Below, in pieces: positions 1 through 10,600 of a DNA stretch of 64,000 nt. The notes under the pieces were generated by a model. The model was not told the origin of the DNA, searched no databases, and worked only from the letters and a program-made list of their open reading frames with translations. The position numbers and the translations under genes are program-made. The stretch is from positions 64,001 to 128,000 of the forward strand of contig CBFGJX010000001.1 in the NCBI GenBank assembly GCA_965649225.1, in the 5' to 3' direction. How positions within the stretch are numbered: the stretch's first letter is position 1; each line of letters begins with the position of its first letter. This stretch comes from a candidate division WOR-3 bacterium. Lineage in GTDB: Bacteria; Hydrothermota; Tepidihabitantia; Tepidihabitantales; Tepidihabitantaceae.

Positions 1-1
1 C

Positions 2-85
2 AACGGCAGTTACCCGACTCCAATTACCCGTCGCGAGCTTCTTCAGATGGAATCGGAACGAACCCGCTGGACTGCTGGCCCGTGA
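2..85 (+). CDS. 3' end of an upstream gene (partial), possibly the amidophosphoribosyltransferase C-terminus
   Basis: Open frame NGSYPTPITRRELLQMESERTRWTAGP* ends at TGA 83-85, overlapping the GTG of the next gene (GTGA coupling). 'NGSYPT' resembles the PurF C-terminal CFxGxYP motif, but the fragment is too short to be sure. Confidence 0.35.
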   Translation, partial: NGSYPTPITRRELLQMESERTRWTAGP

Positions 86-1164
86 CCACTGCAGCGACCC
101 TGATTCTTGCCCTCTTTGGCACAATAACTCTCCAAGCCCATGACCGGCCCGGTGACGGCGGTGGTGCCTTAATCGTCAGCTGGTCGGTGACAGGTGATTC
201 TCTTCCCGAAGGCTGGCACATCCTGCGCCAGGCGGAAGGCGATACCTGGCAGCAGATTGTATTCCTCGGCCCGGTGGCACGAAGCTACCTCGACGAGGAC
301 GTCTCCGACACCATCCGGTACCGGTATGCTATTGCCGGCTCACACGATCCAAGTCACATCCTGGCCGGACCGACCAACTGGACGAGGAGTTCACCGCAAT
401 GGTTCGACCCACGCACACTCGGTGCGCTCGTCGGCACCATCATCGCCGCATTCCTGATTCTGCTGTATCTGCGCCGCGCCCGGCGTGGAACAAAACTATT
501 TGTCCGCCGCATCGCCGGCCTGGACGCAGTCGAAGAAGCGCTCGGTCGAGCCACCGAGATGGGGCGTCCGACCCTCTTCGTGCCTGGACTGTCAACAGTT
601 TCCGATGTTGCCACCATCGCCGCGCTGAACATACTGGGCGAGGTCGCCAAGCGAACAGCACAATTTGGAACACCGCTGATCGTTCCAGTGGCCGACCCGG
701 TGGTATATACAGTTGCGCTGGAGACCGCCAAACAGAGCTACACGGCTGCCGGTCGACCCGATGGGTTTGATCCGGGTTCAGTCTATTTCGTAACTGACGA
801 GCAATTCGCATTTGCGGCAGCAATCGACGGCATCATGGTGCGCGAAAAACCTGCCACCAACTTTCTGATCGGCATGTTCTGGGCTGAATCGCTGATCATT
901 GCCGAGACCGGCGCCCAGACCGGCGCTATCCAGATCGCCGGCACTGATGCTGTCAACCAGCTACCTTTCTTCATCACTGCCTGCGACTACACCCTGCTTG
1001 GCGAGGAAGTCTACGCAGCGTCGGCCTATCTTTCCCGTGAGCCCCTGCTGCTCGGCGCCATCGCGGGGCAGGACCGTACCAAGTTGCTGATACTGGCGGT
1101 GCTCATACTTCTCAGCCTGCTCAGTATCATCACCGGCCTTGAGCCTGCCCTGATCCTCGGTTGA
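82..1164 (+). CDS. FN3-like plus DUF6754-type membrane protein, paralog 1
   Basis: Signal/TM segment, FN3-like extracytoplasmic domain (W...Y.D...YRY), TM helix, then the conserved domain 'IRRIAGLDAVEEALGRATEMGRP...QLPFFITACDYTLLGEE'. Confidence 0.8.
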   Translation: MTTAATLILALFGTITLQAHDRPGDGGGALIVSWSVTGDSLPEGWHILRQAEGDTWQQIVFLGPVARSYLDEDVSDTIRYRYAIAGSHDPSHILAGPTNWTRSSPQWFDPRTLGALVGTIIAAFLILLYLRRARRGTKLFVRRIAGLDAVEEALGRATEMGRPTLFVPGLSTVSDVATIAALNILGEVAKRTAQFGTPLIVPVADPVVYTVALETAKQSYTAAGRPDGFDPGSVYFVTDEQFAFAAAIDGIMVREKPATNFLIGMFWAESLIIAETGAQTGAIQIAGTDAVNQLPFFITACDYTLLGEEVYAASAYLSREPLLLGAIAGQDRTKLLILAVLILLSLLSIITGLEPALILG

Positions 1165-1173
1165 CCGCGCTAT

Positions 1174-1201
1174 TTGACTGGGCGACACCCGGGAATATAC
1201 T
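1174..1201 (+). promoter_or_regulatory. sigma70-type promoter of the membrane-protein operon
   Basis: TTGACT (1174-1179), 16 nt, TATACT (1196-1201); GGAGG RBS at 1228-1232 before ATG 1240. Confidence 0.6.
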
Positions 1202-1239
1202 GCCCATCGTTTCATCAATCCGGCTACGGAGGACATAGA

Positions 1240-2325
1240 ATGTTGTTCAGTCTAGCTACCGCTGTCATGTTCTCTCTTACACCGCCGGGTGCGGTCACTG
1301 CCAAAGACCGCCCCAATGACGGCGGCAGAGCGATAATCGTCACTTGGAACCGGGCTTCCGGTCCGGTAACCGGCTACCGTATCCTGCGCCAGCCCGAAAA
1401 TTCACTCGGCTGGGACACCGTCGGTTTTGCCGGTCCCCGAATCGGCCGCTACGTCGACGAAGGTGTGCCGGACAATATTCCCCACCGCTACAAGGTTGTT
1501 GCATTCGCTGATTCGCTGACCGTGGAATCTGAGCCATCGGCCTTGGCCAGTAGCCGCCCGCAATGGTTCAATACCGGCTACATTCCGGCGCTGGTTCTCG
1601 TCTTCATCTTCAGTTTCCTTGTGCTCTGGTTCCTGCAGACTGCAAAACGAGGCAGGAAACTGTTCATACGCCGCATCGCCGGGCTGGACGCAGTTGAAGA
1701 GGCACTCGGCAGAGCAACAGAGATGGGCCGGGCAATTCTCTACGTGCCCGGACTGTCGTCAATCGACGATGTCGCAACGATCGCATCGATCAACATCCTT
1801 GGCGAAGTTGCCAAGAAAACCGCCCGGTTCGGCACTCCGCTGATCGTTCCCAATCGTGACCCGATCGTCTATACCGTTGCGCGCGAGGTGGTCAAAGAAT
1901 CCTACACCGCCGAAGGCCGCCCCGACGCCTTTAACCAGGACATGGTATTCTATGTCACTGATTCGCAGTTTGCGTACGCTGCGGCGGTCGACGGCATCAT
2001 GACCCGGGAAAAACCAGCGACCAACTTCCTCGTCGGCATGTTCTGGGCCGAATCGCTGATACTCGCCGAAACCGGTGCTCTGTCCGGCGCAGTCCAGATT
2101 GCCGGCACCGACGCCATCTCCCAGTTGCCGTTTTTCATTACTGCCTGCGACTACACCCTTATTGGCGAAGAACTTTATGCCGCCTCGGCCTATCTCTCGC
2201 GTGAACCGATGCTGCTGGGAGCAGTTAAAGGTCAGGACTATTCCAAAGCCATAATCCTCGGTCTGATCCTGCTCGGTACACTGCTTGCCACTGTGCTGAG
2301 GATACCGGTCATGCGTATTCTTTAG
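1240..2325 (+). CDS. FN3-like plus DUF6754-type membrane protein, paralog 2
   Basis: Same architecture as 82-1164 with a highly similar C-terminal domain. Start moved to ATG 1240 because of the GGAGG RBS. Confidence 0.85.
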   Translation: MLFSLATAVMFSLTPPGAVTAKDRPNDGGRAIIVTWNRASGPVTGYRILRQPENSLGWDTVGFAGPRIGRYVDEGVPDNIPHRYKVVAFADSLTVESEPSALASSRPQWFNTGYIPALVLVFIFSFLVLWFLQTAKRGRKLFIRRIAGLDAVEEALGRATEMGRAILYVPGLSSIDDVATIASINILGEVAKKTARFGTPLIVPNRDPIVYTVAREVVKESYTAEGRPDAFNQDMVFYVTDSQFAYAAAVDGIMTREKPATNFLVGMFWAESLILAETGALSGAVQIAGTDAISQLPFFITACDYTLIGEELYAASAYLSREPMLLGAVKGQDYSKAIILGLILLGTLLATVLRIPVMRIL

Positions 2326-2334
2326 GAGGACAAA

Positions 2335-3003
2335 TTGAAGCGCAGGTTGCCGCTCTTGATAGTTCTTCTCTCTGGCATCTTCGCTGCCTTGGCCTTCGTG
2401 ATACCCCATCCGACAGTGCGGAGTGTCGACGAAGTGTTCCGTAACGACGTATTGCGCATCATCACCGCCTTCAGTCTTGTGCTTGGGATTGGTTCAATTC
2501 TCCGTCATCACCTCATCAAAATAAAGCGCAAAGCCGAGCACTGGCCATTTTCCTGGGTGACGGTGATTTCACTTTTCGTCTCCGCAATCATCGGGTTGCT
2601 GGGTGGTATCGACCCCAACCGTCCGGGAATTCTCCCCACCAGTATCGGCGGTTTCAGTTTTCACATCCAGAATCTCTTTACCAACATCATGGTGCCGCTG
2701 GGCGCCACCATGTTTGCCCTGCTCGCCTTCTTTATGGCCTCTGCCGCCTACCGGGCTTTTCGGGCGCGGAATTTCGAAGCCACCCTGCTGCTGATAGCGG
2801 CTTTCGTCCTGATGATCGGAGCCGTCCCACTTACCCGGGTTATCGCCCGGCCCTTGCCTGCCTTCGCCGAATGGATTCTCGCTGTACCCAACACCGCCGC
2901 TAAACGCGGTATCGGCTTTGGAGTCAGTCTGGGCATCTTCGCGACATCGCTCAAGATACTCTTAGGAATAGAGCGCGGCTGGCTTGGTGGAGGCGGCTCA
3001 TGA
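2335..3003 (+). CDS. polytopic membrane protein of unknown function (DUF6754 cluster)
   Basis: AGGAGG RBS and TTG start; about 6 hydrophobic helices; 'ASAAYRAFRARN' motif; ATGA overlap with the next gene. Confidence 0.8.
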   Translation: MKRRLPLLIVLLSGIFAALAFVIPHPTVRSVDEVFRNDVLRIITAFSLVLGIGSILRHHLIKIKRKAEHWPFSWVTVISLFVSAIIGLLGGIDPNRPGILPTSIGGFSFHIQNLFTNIMVPLGATMFALLAFFMASAAYRAFRARNFEATLLLIAAFVLMIGAVPLTRVIARPLPAFAEWILAVPNTAAKRGIGFGVSLGIFATSLKILLGIERGWLGGGGS

Positions 3004-3905
3004 ACCAATCCCCCAGCCCTGCATCTGGATTCTGGAATCGACTCCAGCGTATCGACCGCCGTTGGATATATGCGGTCATCTGGCTGGTGGTGATGTTACC
3101 GCTCATCTTCCCTTTCAAAATCAAACCCGAAGCCATGCCGCCGGTTTCCCGGCTCTTCTCCTACATCGACACCATGCCCGACGATAAAGCGCTGGTCATC
3201 TCTGTCGACTACACGCCTGACACACAGGCCGAGCTTCACCCGATGACCATCGCCCTTCTGCGACACGCCTTTGCCAGCGGGCGGCGAGTCGGCATGCTGG
3301 CCACATCTGTTTACGGACTTGGGCTCGGCGAGGACGCCCTGCGGCAGGTCTCAGCCGAGTTCAACGCGAAAGCAACAACTCACGACGACTCGATAATCAG
3401 CGGTGAGGATTACGTCTTCTGGGGATGGTCAACACCGTTCGTCACAGTGATGCTCGGCATGGGAGAACGTATCACCAACGTATTCCCCGTCGACTACTAT
3501 GGCGTGAAAACCGAATCGCTGCCTATCACCGGTTTCATCAAGAACTACAATGACATCGGCATAGTGGTATCGATTGCCGGCTCCTCGGTACCCCTGTCGT
3601 GGGTTGCCTACGCCCAGACACAGTTTGGCGTGCGGATTGGCTGCGGGACTACCGCCGTGTCTGCTGCTGATTACTACACCTATCTGAACTCAGGTCAGTT
3701 CACTGGCATGCTCGCCGGCATGCGCGGCGCCGCCGAGTATGAACAGCTCCTGGAAGACAAAATGGCGATGGCCGGAGCTAACCTTTCGTTCCGCCGCAAG
3801 GCCACCGAGGCAATGTCGTCACAAACCGCAGCTCACCTGGCAATCATCATCTTCATAATTGTCGGTAACATTGGTTACTTTCTTTCCCGCCGGAGGCAGA
3901 AGTGA
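3000..3905 (+). CDS. membrane-anchored protein of unknown function (N- and C-terminal TM, central soluble domain)
   Basis: 301-aa ORF translationally coupled on both sides (ATGA/GTGA); 'SGQFTGMLAGMRGAAEYE' motif. Confidence 0.8.
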   Translation: MNQSPSPASGFWNRLQRIDRRWIYAVIWLVVMLPLIFPFKIKPEAMPPVSRLFSYIDTMPDDKALVISVDYTPDTQAELHPMTIALLRHAFASGRRVGMLATSVYGLGLGEDALRQVSAEFNAKATTHDDSIISGEDYVFWGWSTPFVTVMLGMGERITNVFPVDYYGVKTESLPITGFIKNYNDIGIVVSIAGSSVPLSWVAYAQTQFGVRIGCGTTAVSAADYYTYLNSGQFTGMLAGMRGAAEYEQLLEDKMAMAGANLSFRRKATEAMSSQTAAHLAIIIFIIVGNIGYFLSRRRQK

Positions 3906-4531
3906 ATATTTCAACTGACCCCTGGGTCTGGATTGCCGCCATCCTGACCCTCGCCGTTTTCTCTTTTCTGTATCGGGAAAACCCGTTCTACCGTTTCGCA
4001 GAACATCTGTTCGTCGGTGTGTCAAACGGCTACGCAATCACATTTTACTGGCACCGGATACTGGTGCCCTACCTGTTTACTCCACTCAGCCGCGGCGAGA
4101 AACTCTGGCTGATACCAATCGCTATTGTCGGAGCTTTCTACTTTGCCCGTTTTATCCCACGAGTATCATGGCTGGTCCGATTTCCGATCGCCATCGCGCT
4201 CGGCTACAGTGCCGGGGCCTCGATTCCGCGCAGCATTCACGCCAACATCCTCGAACAGATCAAAGCGACAATTGTCACCAGGGCCACGTTCGCAAACTGG
4301 CAACAAGGACTGTGGGCAGTGATAATCCTAATCGGCGTCGTCTGCACCATTTCCTACTTCTTCTTCTCCTCAGAACGAAAAGGGATTCTGAAACCCGCCA
4401 GCTATCTGGGTATCGTCTTCATCATGGTCGGATTTGGAGCATCCTTTGGCTACACTGTGATGGCACGCATTTCGCTCTTCATTGGCCGCCTGCAGTTTCT
4501 ACTTGGTGACTGGCTGGGAATCGTGCGCTAG
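3902..4531 (+). CDS. polytopic membrane protein of unknown function
   Basis: About 6 TM helices; 'FSFLYRENPFYRFAEHLFVG' and 'GFGASFGYTVMAR' motifs; last gene of the coupled operon. Confidence 0.8.
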   Translation: MNISTDPWVWIAAILTLAVFSFLYRENPFYRFAEHLFVGVSNGYAITFYWHRILVPYLFTPLSRGEKLWLIPIAIVGAFYFARFIPRVSWLVRFPIAIALGYSAGASIPRSIHANILEQIKATIVTRATFANWQQGLWAVIILIGVVCTISYFFFSSERKGILKPASYLGIVFIMVGFGASFGYTVMARISLFIGRLQFLLGDWLGIVR

Positions 4532-4549
4532 TTGAGCCTTGAAACGCCG

Positions 4550-5044
4550 CTAGTAGGCACGCGCATCCGCACGCTGTCGCCAGCGCCGAAACAGCTCACG
4601 GCACTCATCACCGCTGACACCGGAAACGATCTCGACCTTCAGCTGCGCCAGCTGGCGCAGCTGAAGGTTTGATATCCTTAATTCTCGAAAACCGGCATCG
4701 GCAGCATCGTTGATGGTCGCGCCGAAAACAATCCTGGGTATTTGGGCCCAATGTGCAGCCGCGAAACACATCGGGCACGGTTCGCACGTCGAATAGAGGG
4801 TACAACCCGAAAGACTGATTGTCCCCAGCTTCTGGCAGGCAATACGGATTGCGTTAACTTCCGCATGTGCCGTAGGATCGCTGTCACGCCAGACGGTGTT
4901 TCCAGCACAGGCAATCTGTTGCCCCTCCCAAAAAACCGCCGCCCCGAAAGGCGACTGACCAGTCTCAAGGGCAACTTTGGCAGCAGCAATTGCTGCCGCC
5001 ATTCCCTGTCCATCAACGGGAGTTCTCGTTGTCACCGGTCGCAC
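4550..5044 (-). CDS. nucleoside deaminase (cytidine/deoxycytidylate deaminase family, guanine deaminase-like)
   Basis: Zn motifs HAE (DPTAHAEVNAIR) and PCxxC (EPCPMC); PFGA. Confidence 0.9.
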   Translation of the reverse strand: MRPVTTRTPVDGQGMAAAIAAAKVALETGQSPFGAAVFWEGQQIACAGNTVWRDSDPTAHAEVNAIRIACQKLGTISLSGCTLYSTCEPCPMCFAAAHWAQIPRIVFGATINDAADAGFRELRISNLQLRQLAQLKVEIVSGVSGDECRELFRRWRQRADARAY

Positions 5045-5133
5045 GTTGCACTACTAAATTGACTTCTTGCCGAAGTCAAGATTGACTTTGCACTGTTTGA
5101 CAGCACTCCGATCAGCGGTAGCCTTGACAACAC

Positions 5134-5886
5134 ATGAGCAAACCCAGACTCAAACCCCGCCAGCAGCCGCAACGAAGCCGTCTACGGATTTCGACAAAGC
5201 TTACAACCTGGCTTGCCGCAGCGGTCGTCGGCGGAGCCGTACTCTGGCTGCTGGGTTCCTCACTGCTGCGGCCGCCGACCGACTCAACCCCTGTTCCATT
5301 GCTTGTGACGGCCGATCGCGACATCGCGGCCATAACCCGCATGCTGGGCGACATCAGGATCGACAACAGTTTCCCGGCGGCCAAGACCGAATCGCTTGAC
5401 CCGCGCTTGATTGCGGTTGAAAGCCTGATCCGTGAACGTCGCCTCGAGCAGGTCCGACAATCTCTGAATTCGCTGCGTCGGCGCTGCCCGACGGGGATGA
5501 CCGGTCGGCTCCACGCAGTCAGCGGACTTGCCTGGTACGAAAGTGGCCAACCCGATCGTGCTCTTGCTGAATTACGCCGGGCCGCAGACTCTTCAACCGG
5601 CCACCTTGCCGCCTGGAGCGCCTTTGCCGTTGCCTGGCTCTTCCAAAGCCGTGGCTTTGCTGACAGCGCCCTTGTCTGGTATCAGCGAACCCTGACCACC
5701 GCCGATTCAACTTCATTCATAGCTGCCGCCGCCCACAACAACATCGCAGTAGTCCTTGAAAAACGTCGAGAACTCGTCGAGGCTGCAAAGCACTTCGCTG
5801 CTGCGGCCACTGTGATCGATACCGCCGACACGACCACCGATGCTCGAACCCTCCGCGACAATCTGCGCCGACTGTCCCCGTTCTAG
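5134..5886 (+). CDS. membrane-anchored TPR protein
   Basis: Basic N-terminus, one TM helix, helical repeats with TPR-like A/G/Y patterns (AHNNIAVV). Confidence 0.7.
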   Translation: MSKPRLKPRQQPQRSRLRISTKLTTWLAAAVVGGAVLWLLGSSLLRPPTDSTPVPLLVTADRDIAAITRMLGDIRIDNSFPAAKTESLDPRLIAVESLIRERRLEQVRQSLNSLRRRCPTGMTGRLHAVSGLAWYESGQPDRALAELRRAADSSTGHLAAWSAFAVAWLFQSRGFADSALVWYQRTLTTADSTSFIAAAAHNNIAVVLEKRRELVEAAKHFAAAATVIDTADTTTDARTLRDNLRRLSPF

Positions 5887-7697
5887 ATGACTGACTGCGG
5901 GTCGATATCGATTCGCACCTCACGAGCCAGCTGTTCAATCTCCGTTCGCCCGACCAGACGCTCGAGCCGAGCCGTCCTTGCCAGCCGCACGAGCAAACGT
6001 CGCGTCGGCTTCCGCCCGGTGGCCGCTATCGGACCAAACACCTCGATACCTTTGTTACGGTTCAAGAACCGTGCTGTCGCCAGTGCACCACGATCAGCAA
6101 GTTCTTCACTTGAATCACTGATTTCAATCACCACCAGCCGCGCGAAGGGCGGGAAACCCGCCTGACGGCGACTTTCAAGCTCACGGCTACAGAACTCGGC
6201 AACCGCCATATCAGCTGCCGCCGCAATGCAGTTTTCCTCGGGTCGTCTCGCCTGGATCAGAAACTCAGCACCACTGTTCTGTGCCCGCCAACCCAGTCGC
6301 CACAGCACAGCAAACAAGCGCTCACTGGCGCGAAAATCCGGCAACAACAGCTCGTCGTCGGCACGCACTGCTGCCACGAGTCCAACTGAAGCCGGCCATT
6401 CCCTTCCCAAGACTGCCCGGGTGCCGACGACAACATCCGTTTCGGGAAACTCAGTCTGTTCCCCGGTCATAGTCGCTACCGTCAGCTTCGGCCGTAACCG
6501 CCGAACCTCGCGGGCAATCATCTCGACTCCGGGCACCCGGTAGACATAGTCACCACTTCCACATTCCGGACACAGCGACGGCGCCGGTTCGACCCGGCCA
6601 CAGAAGCGACATTGAAGACTTCCGTCGCCAGTCAGTGCCATCGCCGTCCTGCAGCTGGCGCAGTTCAGGACCCGGCCGCAGTCCCGACAGACGACGCTAC
6701 GCGATGCCCCAAGACGGTTGACATAAAGCACCGCGCTCTTTCCCGCTGCCCGGGCCTGATCCAGTGCGCAAAGCAGCCGGGGCGACAGCAGTTCGCGGCG
6801 ATGCAAACGCATGTCAACAATCGTCGCTCGGATTGCTACCGCTGGCAGCGGGTCCAGCAGTGACCACCTTCCTCTCGCCACTTCATACCAGGTCTCCATC
6901 GACGGCGTCGGGTCACAGAGCAGGACCGGGCAACTGGCCATGCGTGCGCGAACGATTGCCGCATCACGGGCATTGAACCGTGGTCGCCGCTCCTCTTTAT
7001 AGACTTGGTCATGCTCATCGAGCACCACAACTCCAGCCAGATCGACAACCGGCGCAAAGACCGCAGACCGGCAGCCCACCACAAGTGATCGGCCAGCCCG
7101 GCTTCTTCGCCACGCTGTTCGCAGCGCCTTCGCCCTCAGACGGGAGCTGATAATCACGGCATCAACGGATTCATCGATTAGAGACAAGGCGGCATGTGGA
7201 TCAGGGGCAAGCAACAAAACCGACCCCTGCGTCAGGCCGTTGGCACAGAAACTCGCCAATCGCCGCGTCGCTTGAACTGGGTCAGCACAAACCCCGACGC
7301 CGAAGCGGCCACCCTCGCGGGCTGGTGCTGATCCGATCGCACGTGCACGATCGACACCGCTGAACGACTTCGCGCGACCCGACGACCGACTTAACACCGG
7401 CTGCGGTATGGCAAGATGCATTGTCTCGCCCAGCCGGCCGAAGTAGTGCCCGGCAACCCGGCGTACAAAGTCAACCAGTTCTGCAGGAACCATTCTCGGC
7501 TCTATCAGCCCTTCGATCGACCGTGTTTCTTCCACCGGGCTGCTACTGCGCAGTCCGACTACAATCCCTGCCGCTTCTCTTCCCCGCAACCGTACTGACA
7601 CACAATCACCGGGAGCCAGCTCCGGCAGCTGTGTTTCATCAAAACGATAGGTAAGTTCGTCAAGCCGGGTGCCCGGCACGACAATGTCGCAGTACAC
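5883..7697 (-). CDS. priA: primosomal protein N' (PriA), degenerate helicase motifs
   Basis: N-terminal 3'-DNA-binding domain (LTY..PGDCVSV), GxRSAVFAP, YKEERRPRFNARD, four CxxC pairs, PDFRASER, FPPF. Confidence 0.9.
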   Translation of the reverse strand: MYCDIVVPGTRLDELTYRFDETQLPELAPGDCVSVRLRGREAAGIVVGLRSSSPVEETRSIEGLIEPRMVPAELVDFVRRVAGHYFGRLGETMHLAIPQPVLSRSSGRAKSFSGVDRARAIGSAPAREGGRFGVGVCADPVQATRRLASFCANGLTQGSVLLLAPDPHAALSLIDESVDAVIISSRLRAKALRTAWRRSRAGRSLVVGCRSAVFAPVVDLAGVVVLDEHDQVYKEERRPRFNARDAAIVRARMASCPVLLCDPTPSMETWYEVARGRWSLLDPLPAVAIRATIVDMRLHRRELLSPRLLCALDQARAAGKSAVLYVNRLGASRSVVCRDCGRVLNCASCRTAMALTGDGSLQCRFCGRVEPAPSLCPECGSGDYVYRVPGVEMIAREVRRLRPKLTVATMTGEQTEFPETDVVVGTRAVLGREWPASVGLVAAVRADDELLLPDFRASERLFAVLWRLGWRAQNSGAEFLIQARRPEENCIAAAADMAVAEFCSRELESRRQAGFPPFARLVVIEISDSSEELADRGALATARFLNRNKGIEVFGPIAATGRKPTRRLLVRLARTARLERLVGRTEIEQLAREVRIDIDPQSVI

Positions 7698-7699
7698 GG

Positions 7700-10600
7700 C
7701 TAGTAGCGCAGCCGGAAGCGGTAACGCAGGGAAAGTCGCCCGTTCTCATCCCGGGCCGCTACCAGCTCGTTGCGGCGGTCGAGGTAATACTCAACCCGGA
7801 ATGCAGGATCAAAACCCTCGTCAAAAAACTGCGTGTAGGATATGTAGAGCCTGCGACCGATATATTTGCCCACTGTCAGACGGGTTCGAGCGTCAGAAGT
7901 CAGGCCGGTTTCAAAGTCCAGATAATCCAACCCGGTGAATCCGCGTGCCCGCTGAGCAACGCGGGTCTGGAAGAAACCCAGCAGTCGATCAGAAAGCATC
8001 CTTGTCACTGCGGCCCGACTGTCAATCTCACGCAGCTGTTCCGGTGTTGCGTTGAGACTAAGGTAAGATACGATTTGCAGGTTATCCCAGCCAGGCGGCT
8101 CGGACCGGAACTCCAGCTGTGGTGTTTCGATAGTCCCGGTTACGGTCAGCACGATCTTCTCGGGTGTATCGCCGCTGCCGCCATTGCCGTGTAACAACAT
8201 TTCGGCGGTAATGTCCAGTTCCGGATTAAGGCGATCGAGATTGGCGAACCGAACCGTTCCACTTGTCACGCGCAGAGTTCGGTCGAAATAGTAAACATTG
8301 CCCTGCCGGGAAACGAGCTCACCATTGTAGAACTCTTCCTGCATGGTCCGCCGGATACTCATGTCAACGCCGAGCTCGATGTCAGCAAGACTGCTTCGCC
8401 ACCAGATACCCCTTTCGCCGCGAATACGAAGGTCATACACCAGTGTAGTATCGGGAGTACCGCCGGTGACTGCCGGCTGTCCCGGATCGATTGTTATCAG
8501 CGCCTCTTCGACATCAATCCGACCGGAAAGCGCGATCGGTTGCGGCTGCCGCCAATCAAGCATAATCTCGCCACCGGCGATGCCGTAGACATCTCTGAGT
8601 GGACTGGCCTCGATTCCGCTGAACGCCGCCTCAAGATGAAGCGTATCAACAACCCAGCCAGGCCCGAGTTCGACAAAACCACCCGCCGACACCGTTCCGC
8701 GCCGGGAACGGCCCGTAAGCTTCTGAATGTTAACCCGATTACCGGCGAAGGTTAGTTCACCGTTGACCCGCTGAAGCGAAGCCTTGATCGGCTCGACAGA
8801 CAAATCGGCTCTAGCCAGCCTCAGTCGTCCGTATAGTTCCGGTTCAATCAAATTCCCGCCAACTCGTAGGCTGCCGTAGATCGACGCGCGTTGCGCCACC
8901 AGAGTCGGCCTGAGAAACACAAGCACCCAAGGGCCCACGTTGACCAACTCGGCCATGAGATCAACTTTCTGCACCGGCCACGGGGCGCGGGGCATCAGCA
9001 CCAGCCGACCTGTAATGCGCGATGTGTCAACACTCCCGGCACTGTCTATGCGCACCAGCCACAGTCGATCGACACTGAGTGTATCACCATCCAGCCCGAG
9101 TCGTCCTTCTACGCTTCTCAGAACCAGACCATATTCAGGCACTGCCAGATCCCGCATCGCGATGTCACACCGCAGCAACGAATCAAAATGTAACGACGCA
9201 TCGAGTTTGCCGCGAACCTCAAAGCCGATACCACCGAGCTTTGCCACACTGGCCAAATCCAAGCCACGGGCAGTCACTTCGAAATCCGGCTCCGGCACGT
9301 CTGTCAGTTTGATCTTCCCCTGCGCGGTCAACTGCCCACCGCCCAGTTCAAACTGCAGCCCGGTCAACTCTAAGCCGGTAGCCGCGCTGTAATTGAGCCG
9401 GAAAGGCCGGGCCGTCATCAACGTTTCGTCGTCAGAAACAAAATCAAAATTGGCGAAATCGGCAGCAAAGCCGTTGCGCTCGACGGCAAGGTCACCCGTG
9501 GCGAACAGTCGGCTGCGGTCTAAGTCGACCCTCAGCTCGAAGACCGGCTCATCCCACACAAGCTGAGCCGCAGCCACCGTTTGGCCGCCGAATCTGACGA
9601 CCTCTCCCCCCACCGCAACCCGCCCGGCCAACTGCTTGCCCAGCGCAATGTTGACGTCTATCACCGCTGCATTCGCTGTTACGTCCTGAAACGATAGTTG
9701 CGAAGCATAAAGGCTCGCGAGCAAATGCAGACTGTCATTTTCGATCGTCAAGGTCAGCAAGCCGTTGAGTCGACCGCTCACCGGTGCATTGCCAACGACT
9801 GCGGCGACGCCCAGATCGAAATTGTCGGCGATAATCTCAAAAAAACCCGACCCAGTGCGGTATCTGCCTTGTCCGGAGAGCCTTCCGCTCGCTCCCCGAG
9901 CCGTCAGCCGTTCGATGACTACGCCGCCGCGCACCAGACCACCGGTTGCCGTCAACGAATCGAACCCGAGCGCCGGCACCGTGACCCGCAGCGTGCCCCA
10001 AATTGAATCAGTACTCTTTCCACCGACATCGCAAGATCCGGTGATACGAACCTCGGGCAGGGTCGGCTCAAGCCGGCGAATTGCAAGATCACGTACAACC
10101 AATCGGCCCGCAAAAGCCTGCGTGCCGATGTGCACGTATCCGTCAAACTCAACTCCGCCCAGCTCTGGATTCCTGCCCATCATCGTGAGACTCGCCAGCG
10201 AATCGGCCAAGGTGAGTCTGCCGAACAACTCAGGCAGTGCCAGCCCGCGCCAGCGCAGACCAGACGCGCTCCAACCGACCCGCGCCGAGGGATCACCGCC
10301 TGTCACCCCTCCTTGCCCGCTGGCTTTGAACCGACCTGGAACTCCCGCAAAACGGGCGAGGTCCACCTCCAGATCCATGAAGGCAGCAGTGAAGCCACCG
10401 TCTGCAAGTCCTACCCTCGCCGTGCCTGCGAAGCTGAATCCGTCGGCCGCAAGACGCATTCCCTCAAGTAATGCCGAATCGGCCGTTACACGCATTTGGG
10501 CGCTCAGCTGGGAAATACGAACACTCTCCGGCACCACGAGCAGACTGGCCTGATGGAGAAATGCCCGAACCTGCTCCGAACGGGACTCCGCGCTCATCAG

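Noticed and set aside
5073..5088. Palindrome AAGTCAA-GA-TTGACTT as a transcription-factor operator
   Set aside because: More simply explained as back-to-back -35 boxes, a pattern seen at other divergent gene pairs in the window.
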